From the NCBI RefSeq assembly GCF_006345805.1, contig NW_021832041.1, forward strand, positions 1 through 33,468: a stretch of 33,468 nt of DNA, given 5' to 3'. A program made the position numbers and the translations under genes. The DNA comes from Octopus sinensis. Taxonomy: Eukaryota. This document shows positions 1 through 12,143 of this stretch, in pieces (the first letter of the stretch is position 1; each line of letters begins with the position of its first letter). The notes under the pieces are model-generated. The model made no database searches. It was not told the origin of the DNA and worked only from the letters and a program-made list of their open reading frames with translations.

Positions 1-553
1 GAGTGATGTACTCCATTAAAAAATGTTGACTAATCCTATAGTTTAATGCTAAATTTATTTTATACACCTATCCGCCGGTTTGTCTGCTTATCTATATAAG
101 CATATATGTTTATGCATATACATATATACATGCATACATACATACATATATATATATATATGTATATATATACATATATATATATATATGCACACACACA
201 CACGCATATATGTGTTTACATATTTCTGTAATTATATATGTATACAAATTGTATATATACATTTGCAACATGATTTTAATATTTGTGTGTGTGTGTATGG
301 GAGCATGTATATATAATCGTGTGCTTATCTACGTTTAGCTACCTATTTCCCAGTTACCCTCTCTCTCTTACCTCCTTCGATATATACATGCATACATACA
401 GTTATGCACAGGCATACATACACACTCACACACTTACACACACACAAACACACACGTTTATTATAAGCCATAACTTTATTCATGTTATCGCCTCATTCAG
501 TTCTAACGAAGCTAATGAAAATTTAACTGAGCCTATGACGAACGTCTGCGATG

Positions 554-590
<37 letters not shown>

Positions 591-620
591 TATATATATA
601 TATAAATGTAATGTATGTAT

Positions 621-949
621 AAACAACTTATAAATAAGGGCAAACGAAAAATTCTAATGCCAAATATGCCGAAAATTGACATATTTTGAACTAACTCTGA
701 AATCGGTCCGATATGGTAATAATGGACTTTTTTAGAAATTTCTGTCGACCATTTTCGAGTAGCGTGCGTACTGGGAAAAAAATTATATGGTAAATGGACA
801 ATATTGTCCAATTTTCGGTATATATGGCATTAGAATTTTTTCGTTCGCCCTTATTTATAAATTGTTTATAATTTAACCTTTAAAGGTTTTTTTAATATGT
901 TGGTGGCCATTGATAAAATTTTTTTTTCGAAAAAAAATGTAATCCTACA

Positions 950-952
<3 letters not shown>
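621..952 (+). mobile_element. ORF-less PLE pseudo-LTR/retrozyme-like repeat, family A copy 1 (5'-truncated inside its hammerhead, with inverted 5' segment)
   Basis: 688-952 aligns with 32189-32447 and 31714-31970, with the same 3' end (atcctacatta). 621-685 is the reverse complement of ~800-867. It keeps only the 3' half of the HHR (GAAA 699-702, stem III atcg-gtc-cgat, A713). Confidence 0.8.
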
Positions 953-989
<37 letters not shown>

Positions 990-992
<3 letters not shown>

Positions 993-1053
993 GTGGTGCT
1001 ATTAAGTTAGACATGGCCTGGGCCAATTGGCCGAAACCTATCAAAGTATCAAA

Positions 1054-1056
<3 letters not shown>
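990..1056 (+). mobile_element. Extremely 5'-truncated 3' end of the CR1-type LINE family seen at 30997-31630
   Basis: ggtggtgctattaagttagacatggcctgg matches 31561-31590. It is followed by a stem-loop, gaaac and a short tandem tail (tatcaaag)2, and is embedded in (TA)n. Confidence 0.8.
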
Positions 1057-1094
<38 letters not shown>

Positions 1095-1156
1095 GTATAT
1101 ATATATATATTAATATATGTTTACATATATATATATACACACACACATATATAATA

Positions 1157-1206
<50 letters not shown>

Positions 1207-1361
1207 CATGTTATAATATACACACATACATACATACATACATATATACATACATAATGAATAAACATAATTCAAAGAGAGTGCTGCAATTAGAATATAT
1301 AATTGTATAGTAGAGAATATGAAACCTATACATGTCTGTCTGTCTGTAAATATTTATATAT

Positions 1362-1394
<33 letters not shown>

Positions 1395-2313
1395 AGATAT
1401 ATATAATATATATATCTTATATATGTATATAGATATATGTATATATATATATACACATATATATAAATGTCTGTCTCTGTATATATATGTGTTTACATAT
1501 ATATATGTATATATGCATATATGTATTAATCAATGACATTCCATCCTAGTCTGATTTTCATATTTTATTATTACAATTTCTACAAGTTTACAATATATTA
1601 TAATACAATATTATATAGTTATTGTGATAAAACTAGTACTTTCATGCGTTATGCAATCATCACGAACTTGATGATATATATGACTAACAGAGGAAGAAAC
1701 TCTCCCGTCTTGTTTCGCATTATCGGCATACATATACATACACACACATACACACACACACACTCCACACACACAGAAGCACACACAGGCATAGACACAC
1801 ACATAGACATACGCACACACACACACACACTCACACACACGCACAGGCACACACAAAGGCACACGTATATGTCCATGAAATAAGGCTATATATGTACATA
1901 AATCTCAGACTCGCGCTACAAAAATACACGTCTAATTTTGTTTGAAATATGAAAACTTATTGACAAAGAAATCTGTATATGTATGTTATGTATAAGTAAG
2001 TTGACCATGAGAAAGTTACTTTTCATCAGTTTCGATATAAGATGTCGTAGAGAGAAGCAAGCTCAAAATTATAAGCAAAATTAAATAAAGGGAATACGGA
2101 AGCGAACTTGCATTTTTATGCAGAACAAATTTAAGATGGATATATATTGAGAATCAGAGACACAATTGCATTACATTTGTTTCTACTCTGTTCGGAACAG
2201 CTGTAGCGTCATTGTGTATATAATTAAATGTATATTAATTGAATATTTATTGTATTCAATATATGTGTAGTGAGTACTACATTGGATGATGCCCACATAG
2301 TATACCTATAAAC

Positions 2314-2379
<66 letters not shown>

Positions 2380-2551
2380 TAGCGTAATATAAACAATAAT
2401 CATTGGATGGAATTTATCAGTACAGCTCGATGCAACCCTAAATAACTGGTTCATCAGTCAGCCATCATTAGACTGTGCCTGGCATAAGGGAATAGGAGCT
2501 TTATATACATATTCAAAACGTTTCTCGTATATACATACATACATACATACT

Positions 2552-2586
<35 letters not shown>

Positions 2587-2784
2587 TGTGTGTGTGTGTG
2601 GTGTGTGTGGGTGTGTGTGTGTGTGTATGTGTTGTGTGTGTGTGAAAGAGACACACAACACAATTAGTAAGATTCGTTACAGAAACCTCGTTGGGCTCAG
2701 GCCAATCATTTTGTCAAATTCTTTTGCAGATAAATTTTTATCAGTGAGAACACTTACATCATTAGTCAATGAGTATTTTCTATA

Positions 2785-4794
2785 CAGTCTATATACCTAT
2801 ACATTCTATATACCTATCCGTCTTTATATTGATCTGTTTATTTACATATCTAAATGCTTACATACAGAAATAAAAAAAATAAAAATAAAAATAAAAAATA
2901 TATAAAAAATATATAAAAATAACTAAAAAAAACGGCATACACACACTCACACCCACATACATACATACATACTTACATTTATCTACCTGACAGTCCACTA
3001 ACTATTCTACTCTACCTGTGTAAACTGTGGGTATGGAGGTATAGTATTTACTGTGTATATTTCCTATTTAATATTGGGGATGTTTTATTTATAAGGACGT
3101 ACTCCCGTATTTGTCTCAGTGTTGGGTCTTTTGGGTGCTTGGATAAGATGCGGATGTCAAGTTGACCCAAGTTACCTCCATGGTGGTCTTTGGCATGTTG
3201 GTAGAGTATGGAGGACTGTTTTCTGTCGTCATATTGTCTTAGATGTTCATTTATCCCTTCCGCAATGCTCCTACACGTCTCCCCTATGTACATCATGTTC
3301 ATGTCCTTACAAGCACATTCTATGCATCTTATGCTGTAAACTACATTTTGAGTTCTACAGTTAATACCAGGGCTAATTCTACATACCATGCAGTTATCAT
3401 TGGTGTATATGGTATTCTTAAACGGGTGTGTCCTACATAGTTGTGATCTGACGGAGTTCCCTGGCTTTTCAACAATTTTAATGTTGAGTTTGGTCTCCTT
3501 CAGAGTTTTTCTAAATCTGTGGGCTAGTTCTTCATGGGCTGTGGTCTCTACAAACATCACTCCTTGATATTTGTCGGTTTTCTACCACGTGTTCGCCCTG
3601 TTTGATTTGTCACAAGTTCTTTGTATTCTATTCCATTCTTTGTTTCTCTATCTAGGGCAGGCACCACTGGTATCATTACGTATAATGTTGTCTAATTTCT
3701 TTCTAGCCCGCTGTATACTCGAACCCTATCTTTCTGATCATATCCAGAGAACTGCATGCGGTGCATGAAGTTCTGTATATGTTTCTTCATTTCATAGGGT
3801 TCGCATTGTGGGGACACATTGTTCATTATTCTAACTAAGTCTACTATCAGTATGTTAATTTTCATGTTGTGTGACAAAGCTGAGTTCTTGTGAACAACAT
3901 ATTTTAAAGTTATGGGTTTCATATAATAAGAGTGGAGGAGCTGCACTCTATTGTTCACAGTCTCTAACCAAAGTTCGTTATCAAGTACAGGTAGTCTATT
4001 GTTAGGGTTCTTAGTGGGGTAATCTATAGTTACCTTGATACTTTGGTGAATGGAGTTAGCTATTTGCTGGATGCTCTCCATTACGTTCTTCTCAATCTCT
4101 ACATTACCGTCACTAGAGTTGGTTCTAACTATTATATTAATGTCATCTACGTTTATTTCTGTATGTAAGCATTTAGATATGTAAATAAACAGATCAATAT
4201 ACAGACGGATAGGTATATAGACTATATGAACAGACACATATGGAGACACGGATCTACACATATAAAGATGCACATCCATACATACAAACATGGTACATAG
4301 TTACATAACACACACACACACAGACATGCACACACAAGGAGACAGAGGTGCATATATATACAAACACACACATACATAGAAAATACACAAACACGGACAT
4401 GCAAGCATATAAATATGCAGGGTACGTACATACAGATGCACACACATACATACATATGCATACACACACATATATACATACATACACATGCAAACATACA
4501 CACACATATATACGTACATGCATGTATAGGCACACACACATACTGACACACTGACCCACACACATGCGCACAAACAAGCAAAAGGGAACGCAGTGTAAAT
4601 AACGGAAGAGTCAAGACTATTGAAAAGGTTGCAAGACGCAACGAAAATTTTAGAAAATAAAAATAAGAAATAAGTGGAAATTTTACCGGGGAGTGTGTTA
4701 AATAATAAGGTACTAAAAGAGAATGACTCTCCCCAGACACATCAGAATATGCTTCAACACACGAACTCACATAAAGAATCTTGCAAACCATATT
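2785..4794 (-). mobile_element. Penelope-like retroelement 1: 5'-truncated RT C-terminus plus GIY-YIG endonuclease, with inverted pseudo-LTR
   Basis: Minus-strand coding 4152->3048: VDDINIIV...IKVTIDYP...LPVLD.ELW, a Cys linker, then NVVYSIRC...YIGETCRS. It has a frameshift near 3700 and a stop near 3580. 4153-4225 is the reverse complement of 2785-2874 (same peptide in both ORF-track entries). The inverted arm runs to ~4794 and ends in the same terminal motif as PLE 2. Confidence 0.92.
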
Positions 4795-4840
4795 ATTATT
4801 ATTATTATTATTATTATTGTTGTTGTTGTTGTTGTTGTTG

Positions 4841-4899
<59 letters not shown>

Positions 4900-4930
4900 G
4901 TTATTATTATTATTATTATTATTAATTATC

Positions 4931-4993
<63 letters not shown>
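4791..4993. repeat. Compound (ATT)n/(GTT)n microsatellite
   Basis: Direct reading; it is the source of the poly-I/L/Y ORFs. Confidence 0.97.
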
Positions 4994-4995
<2 letters not shown>

Positions 4996-5252
4996 AATGA
5001 CAACAGAAATGACAATATTAATAATAAAATAATGGACGTACTAGTCAATTAACAAAGAAAGAAGTCCTACGAAATCGTAAGCAAGAATATTTAGAATGAA
5101 AGCACGTAAAAATATTCACACCTACACATATATAGACGCAAAAATATTCTCTTCTTTTTACCCTCTTTTTTCGTGCGTATGCACGCATACACGTATCAAA
5201 GTGACCTATTTTGCTGTGTACCAACATGCAAAATTCCTGTCGTCTTTCCTAG

Positions 5253-5420
5253 ATTCCTCACGGTCATGTACCAAAACCAACTGGTGTTGTTATCAGCTCC
5301 CTTGCTAATGTTGATCCTTCTTAAATCGCCTCCCCTTCTTGTCATTTTTCTCAAGACCTTGCACCAACTCCTCCACCACCGATGACGTCGCAATCGCACC
5401 CTACCTCCGATGTTTGCTGA
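5253..5420 (+). other. Possible host-gene exon (unidentified)
   Basis: GC-richer non-repetitive island with an acceptor (ttcctgtcgtctttcctAG at 5252). Phase-0 reading is IPHGHVPKPTGVVISSLANVDPS*IASPSCHFSQDLAPTPPPPMTSQSHPTSDVC*. A plausible minus-strand acceptor also exists at 5417, so strand is uncertain. Confidence 0.25.
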
Positions 5421-5799
5421 ATGTAGAAGACAGAATGTGAGAAAACAATGTGTCCTGGTCAGTCCTGGCGATACTGATGTTTTATTTAGTCTCTGACTAA
5501 ATGAAACCAACAAAAATACACACAGACAGACATACAGACAGACGAAGAGACTGAGACGACTGGACGTATGTCAGAGTTGACCCTGAAAAACCATCATCGT
5601 ACTAAAGTATAAATATTAGCATTTGTTCTTACTGTAGTTGTTTGTTGTTTGGAAGATGGACGTGGAGGGTGGAAATTCTTTTATTTTACTTTATTTATTT
5701 ATTTTTTTTGTATTTTTGTGTGTCTTGTTTAGTTTGGTTTTATTTAATTATTTATTGTTTGATTTTATGTTTCTTTTCAGTGACTGATATGTCAGTTGG

Positions 5800-6060
5800 T
5801 TCAGTTTTGCAATATGACTGGTTGGCTGGTTGGCCGGTTGGTTGCAACATTGGTTGACTGAAGGAGCTGACTTGTTCGTTCTTTTAATGGCTGGTTGGCT
5901 TGTTGAATGGTTAGCTCATTCTTTGATGGATTAGTTCGCTTTAGGCTATTTGTTGATTGTTTAGGTGGTTAGATGGTTGACTAGTTGGCTGCTTGGTTGT
6001 TCGATGGTTGATTAGTTGGTTGGCAGCTTGATTAGATGCTTATTTAGTTGACTAATTAGT
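5800..6060. repeat. Degenerate (GGTT/GGCT/GATT)n tetranucleotide repeat
   Basis: A 4-nt periodicity is visible by eye. Confidence 0.7.
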
Positions 6061-6338
6061 AATAATTATTCAACCCGCTATGTTCATTTGCCCAAGAGAT
6101 AGATTGATAGAAGCCTTGATTTGTATATGATAACCTTCCTTATATACATACTATATGGAGATGTATCAGAGTTTACATACTTTAAGCTAAGCTCTAACTT
6201 GAGAACTTTAAAATCAAATAAATCAATAAATAGCCAGCCATGTATCATACATAATGTAAAAAGATCGTTCAAAGGGTAATGAAGTGCAGTAGACGTAAAG
6301 AGATAACATTTCTTATGGACAGTATATGTTTTAAAACA

Positions 6339-6385
<47 letters not shown>

Positions 6386-6395
6386 ATATACACAT

Positions 6396-6460
<65 letters not shown>

Positions 6461-6558
6461 ATATATGTATATACATATATACATATATATATATGTATAT
6501 GTATATCTATCTAACTATATATATATATATACATCTATATGTATGTATGTATGTATAT

Positions 6559-7107
6559 CACCTTGATCACCTTGACTGACCAGTCCGTCAGGCGTCCATT
6601 TGACACCGCTGGTCACAGCACGCTGTTCACTCCTCTCTGGATCGCGCCTTTCTCATTCATGTGATCCCAATCGTCCTCCTGAAATCGTAACTCCTACGTC
6701 ATGGAAGTCTTCCGGGTGGTCTTTTCCGCCCACGCGGGTACCACTCGACAACTGCGTGCGTCCGCCGATTATCGGTGAGCCGGGCAACGTGTCCAGCCCA
6801 TCTATACTTGCTGCGTGTATACTCTGCGATGACATCTCTCACGGAGAGCAAGGGCCAGATGGAAGGCGTTCAATGGCATAAGGGATGTGCTCAAGGGAAG
6901 TTTGGACAGGACCACCCGCGCCAACCTCATTAACAGTGCAGTTCTGCCTGCAATGTTACTTGGTAGTGAAACATGGGCTACCACAAAGAGAGAAGAGCAA
7001 AGACTGGTAACGGCTCAAAGAGCCATGGAAAGGTCAATGCTTGGTATCTCGTTGAGAGAGCACACAAGTAAAAAGATCATCAGAAAGAAGTCCGGCGTGA
7101 GAGATGT
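6559..7107 (-). mobile_element. RTE-clade LINE 3' fragment with 5' inversion (twin-priming structure)
   Basis: 6843->6559 (minus) reads VRDVIAEYTRSKYRWAGHVARL...EWYPRGRKRPPGR and ends in a (tcaaggtga)2 tail. 6844-7107 (plus) is the immediately upstream RT segment ARWKAFNGI...VLPAMLLGSETW...SGVRDV. A 12-bp direct repeat atgtatgtatat lies at 6547-6558 and 7104-7115. Confidence 0.9.
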
Positions 7108-7385
7108 ATGTATATATATATATATATATATATCTATATATATATAAACATATATATATATAAACATATATATATATAATTATTCTATATATATGTATGT
7201 GTCTGTGTGTGTCGGTGTATGCGTGTGTCTGTATCGGAAGGAGACGAAATTAATCGTAACATCGGCTAAGGTGAATGCCAGCAGCATTTCGGTTTCGTTG
7301 AGCCTCATCAATAACGTGAACGCACAGCCAGACGCAACAACGAAAGTTGTTGTTTCCGATATTGAGGAAAATACTAGTATTGCAT

Positions 7386-8185
7386 AGTATGTTTATGATT
7401 TAATATACACACGTTAACACAGTTCTAAGTCTTATATATTTATAATCAGTATAATGCCTTAATCCTAGTTCCTCCTGTTCTCCGCAGAGCATCTGGTGTC
7501 AAGTGATCTTTATCCAGCTTGTTCGAAAGCACCGTCAAGCATCTTCTAGGCCTGACGCAAATCTATCATGTCTTCAAGGGCCTTGACGAGCCTGCCTCTT
7601 TTCCTCCGCTCCATCTCTGACTTCTACCCGAGTCAGACTCTCATTGATCTCTGCGTTGGCTGGCGTAACGTATGCTTGAGCATCTCGTGCCATCTTACGG
7701 TGGTGGTATCCTATAAGTTACTAAAGCCGGTTCTTTTCCATGACTTCGTAATATGGTAGTATTGTGAAACTCCCATTCTTGTCCTAAGGTAAAACATGTG
7801 GCAGTCATCTGTAATTCTTATCATTCTGTTGCTGTGTTTCCGCGTGTCACAATCGAAATTGTCGACGACATAACGATGGTCAAATATAGGTGCAATATAA
7901 TAGATGGAGTTGGAATATAGAAGCTCCATGGAGCTCCAGTACCGCTGCAATTTTTTGCCTAGTCTCTTCGCCATATCACTTTCTGATATTCCATTGTATC
8001 GATATCACTGCTCTGATGAATAAGTCAATGATCTCCAGCGTCTGAATCTTCTGACGATGAGGGGGAGTGGACTGTTTACAACATCAAGTACCCACAGTGT
8101 AGTTCCACACAGGGCAGGGGACAACATCCGGGTACAATGGATCTCAGCGCAAAACCTGCTTGAATAGATCCAAAAACGAGAAGGA
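7386..8185 (-). mobile_element. Decayed hAT (Ac/BED-like) transposase 3' region
   Basis: Stop- and frameshift-ridden minus-strand frames contain DVVPCPVWNYT (cf. D-x-x-TRWNST), MAKRLGKKLQRYW...YYIAPIFDHRY (cf. KF.KYW...IA.ILDPRY), W-K...Y...KMARD and RRKRGRL..LEDMI (cf. hAT C-terminal dimerisation domain). Motifs were recognised by eye. Confidence 0.65.
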
Positions 8186-9374
8186 ATGAATAATGCACAA
8201 GCTCTATGCTATCTGTTCATGCGCTTAATTTAGTTGCTTATTGCTATATCAATTTTTTGTCCCTTATTTTCACATAAAGGGTAAGTTTTCTCAGGTTGCG
8301 ATTATTTTTGTCGATTCCGTTAAAGAGCAAAGTCACTTTAATGTCATAGGTGTTATTGATTTGTTTTCCTGAAGTTCCCTTAAAAACAAACGGTGTCCAA
8401 AGGCGAATATGCACCCTTCACAATGTCGGCGATTATATCCCTTATTGCGAGCATATAATCCACATTCATTAACAGTAATACTTACGGTGAACCAACAAAG
8501 TTTCATTATGGTTACCTACGATCGGTTAAACATATATGATCACATATTTTTAATAAATCAATACCACTATCTTTATAACAAAAGGAAACAGCAATAGCAC
8601 TAAAGAAACATTAGATTTTTGTGGAGATCGTTGGTACCAATTCAGTAATTTTTGCATAACAATTTTTTTCTTCGGCATAAATATCTCAACTAATGGTAAC
8701 AGTGTTTCATAAGTCTGTAAGTGACTTATACCATACCACAGTTAAATTCAGAAAGAGACTCTACAAGTACAATTTTTATTTATTTTTATATTTTCAGACT
8801 ACCACTCATTCCGATCGGAAAATGAATTATCATTGATTTATTGCTTATCTTCTTCTCTATCAGTCAATCAATCTGTATTTGTGTTTATCTATCTACCCAA
8901 CAACCATTCTCGCTCCCTCCTCTTTCTATCCCTCTCTCTCTCACACTTCGACTGCTGTCTCATTACCTGCGCGTACATCTTGCCTTTCTGTTGAGGTTTT
9001 ATGGTTAATTTTTCTTCATTTACTTCTCCCACCAGAACACACACACACACAAAAAAGAAAAATATTGCAAGTTCGTGGTTTCAGTATACTCCAACAATCC
9101 GTCAGTGGCTACCTTTAGCCGGTGAGTTAGTGCCATTTGTATATCACTTGTAGAAATAAACAAATAAAAGATAGGAATAGTGACTACATGTGAAGGAGAG
9201 GTTATTTATACCGCAAGTGAAATCTTCCAAAATGTCATTTAGTCACAACTGAGATCCACGCTAATTGCGTTCGTCTCGTTCATTTGCAGACGAGAGATGC
9301 TCAAAATAGTTGCCAAATTGAAATTTTGGTATTTTTAATTTTTCACACACACACATACACATACAAATATACAT

Positions 9375-9407
<33 letters not shown>

Positions 9408-9989
9408 AACATACACATATACACATATATATCCATTTATACACACACACGCGCGCGCGCGCGCGCGTAAGCAACAGGCAGGGAATGCTGGTTGTATAGA
9501 GGGCAGCAATGGCGGCAAAGTTTCATTGTATTGATATAAAAATAAAATTATTTCAGTTAGTATAATGTTGCGAATAGACACTTTCCGACACAAATTCTTA
9601 AATTGGACGACTAGGAGGGTAATTCCTTGCTATTTACTCCAACTGAACGGAAATATTTATATGTGTTTGTTTTATCTATGCATTTATGTATGTATGATCG
9701 CTTTCTTTTCTTAATTTCGAGTAAATTTTGACTGACCACCTGCTTGAAAGCAAAGTTGTGAAAGAAAGTATCTTCTTTTAAACCATTACCCTTTAAATCT
9801 AGACAAAGATTTCGTAATCATTTTTAATGTATGAATTCAGGAACCCAATTTCAGCCATACTTTGTTTCAGACGGGTTTGTATGTATCCTGTTGCTCCAAT
9901 AATAATGGATATGAAGCTGAAAATGTACCTTTGCTATTGTATTTGCAAACTCTTTCTCAAAGGTCTATAGACGCTCTCTTTCACTTGTA

Positions 9990-10288
9990 TGTGTATATTT
10001 ATGTATGTATGTATATATGTGTGCATGTATGTATATTTGTTTGAATGAATGTATATATGTTTGTGTATATGTATGTATATACGTGCGTACGTGTGTGTGT
10101 ATGTATGCATCTATCTATTAATGCATGTTTGTAAGAATGCATGAATGAATGAATTATATGTTTGTGTATTTGTGTATGTATGTATGTACGTATGTATATA
10201 TATATATATCTTTGCACGTAGGTATGAATGTATGAATGAATGTGTATATGTTTGTGTATGTACGTATGTATGAATAAATAAATGAAGG

Positions 10289-10320
<32 letters not shown>

Positions 10321-10465
10321 CATGTATGCATGTATGTATGAATGAATGTATGTATGCATGTATGCATTCATGTGTGTATGTATGTATGTATGTATGAATG
10401 TATGAATGTATGTATGTATGTATGTATGTATGTATGTATGTATGTATGCATGTATGTATGTTTGT
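9990..10465. repeat. (TATG/AATG)n microsatellite
   Basis: Direct reading. Confidence 0.95.
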
Positions 10466-10568
10466 ATGTTCATATCCGTCCAATATTTATTGTTTTTTAA
10501 ACACATCACATCCATAAAAGATATAGCTGGACGAATCAACGATAACAAATTTTTATCTAGCCGAACAG

Positions 10569-10942
10569 CTACCATATTACGAAGTCATGGAAAAGAACCG
10601 GCTTTAGTAACTTATAGGATACCACCACCGTAAGATGGCACGAGATGCTCAAGCATACGTTACGCCAGCCAACGCAGAGATCAATGAGAGTCTGACTCGG
10701 GTAGAAGTCAGAGATGGAGCGGAGGAAAAGAGGCAGGCTCGTCAAGGCCCTTGAAGACATGATAGATTTGCGTCAGGCCTAGAAGATGCTTGACGGTGCT
10801 TTCGAACAAGCTGGATAAAGATCACTTGACACCAGATGCTCTGCGGAGAACAGGAGGAACTAGGATTAAGGCATTATACTGATTATAAATATATAAGATT
10901 TAGAACTGTGTTAACGTGTGTATATTAAATCATAAACGTACT
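10569..10942 (+). repeat. Inverted duplicate of 7386-7759 (374 bp, 2 mismatches)
   Basis: Base-by-base comparison; the ORF track gives identical peptides at 7568..7759+ and 10569..10760-. Confidence 0.97.
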
Positions 10943-11283
10943 TATTCACATACGCACTCATACGCACAAACACACACACACACACATACACATAAACAAA
11001 TTTACGTATAAACATACATACATGTCGCTGTATGTATTTGTGTAATTCTAGTTTCTATTACCCTATAATGACTACGATGAAACCATTTAAATGAAAAACA
11101 TAAAGTAGAAATATAATTTTATTAAATTTTTCTGTTGATAGAACGTAAAAGTTAAAACAAGGAAAAGGAACAAAAAAGCATTTAAGATCTTTATACGCTT
11201 TCTCACTTCTTTTTTCATTCGCTCTCTCTCTTATATATATCTATATATGTATATATGTATGTATACGTATATATATATATATT

Positions 11284-11338
<55 letters not shown>

Positions 11339-11405
11339 TAATACAATATATATATATACATACATATACCATACATACATATATATATAAACATACATAC
11401 ATACA

Positions 11406-11441
<36 letters not shown>

Positions 11442-12143
11442 TTATTATAAATGCACACACAGAAATATATATATACATATGTATGAGTGTGTGTGTGTAT
11501 ATATATGCAAATATATTTATTCATATACGGTTATATACATTGAATATGCATAATACGTACATAGATACATACACACACATATATATACTTTACACACACA
11601 CACATATACGCATAAATAGATAAACATATACTCATATAATGCATAAAAATGACATTAAAAAGTATTTCATGTTTCGTGGAACAATAACTATCTGAAATTG
11701 AAATAAAAATCAAAAAATAAAAGGAAAAAGAAAACAACAACTAAACAATAAAAATATAAAATTAACAAACAAATCAGTAAAAATTCCCATAACTTTTAAC
11801 GTGTTCCATTTTCATTAAGAAATCTTTTGTAATAACGTACTTAATAAAACATTTTGGCATAAAAAGTAAATAAAAACAAAACCTTAATAATGATTTGTAT
11901 TTTTTGAAAATGTATCTCACTTTATCTGTTAATGGATTATTCCACCGTTTTTCGGTTTGCTTTGTGAAAAGTTGTTTATTTGAAGAGATATTTTTCTTAT
12001 GCCGTTACTATGGCAGTAAGGAAGGAAAATCATTTAAGGGCTGTCTTAGATGGGCTTTTCTTTCCCGATCAGTGAGATATCGAGAACGAAACAAGTTTGA
12101 TTTTTTTGTTAATCTTGGGTTTCGTAACAAGAAAATTACATTT

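Noticed and set aside
2451-2457. Isolated CTGANGA hits (2451 minus, ~2024 minus, 8013, 8051)
   Set aside because: There is no correctly placed stem II plus GAAA and stems I/III; this is the expected chance frequency.
80-2660. Many ORFs rich in YI/HT/CV/YV (also at 9999-10575, 11215-11740, 19546-20260, 23797-24252 and elsewhere)
   Set aside because: They are translations of (TA)n, (CA)n and (TATG)n microsatellites with no coding signal.
2730-2772. Peptide similarity KFLSVRTLTSL (2730 region) versus KFLSSRTATIL (10547 region) suggesting paralogous exons
   Set aside because: The match is short and AT-rich, and the second copy straddles the inverted-repeat boundary, so part of the match comes from unrelated sequence.
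4674-5052. Poly-Ile/Leu/Tyr/Cys ORFs (also 24394-25343, 26116-26514)
   Set aside because: Trinucleotide microsatellites lack stops in several frames; these are not membrane or low-complexity proteins.
5196-5513. Arg/Trp-rich 105-aa minus-strand ORF
   Set aside because: No recognisable domain; its composition is what the antisense of a Pro/Ser/His-rich plus-strand segment would give.
7271-7352. Minus-strand TTGATGA-GG..CC-GAAA-TGC..GCA-TT near-hammerhead and adjacent 7-bp GAAA-tetraloop hairpin
   Set aside because: C3 is missing, stem II has only 2 bp, and no stem I can be formed.
7386-7400. 5'-AG...CT-3' ends suggesting a Polinton/Maverick or viral TIR
   Set aside because: There is no 6-bp TSD and no PolB, integrase or capsid motifs; the arm content resembles hAT transposase.
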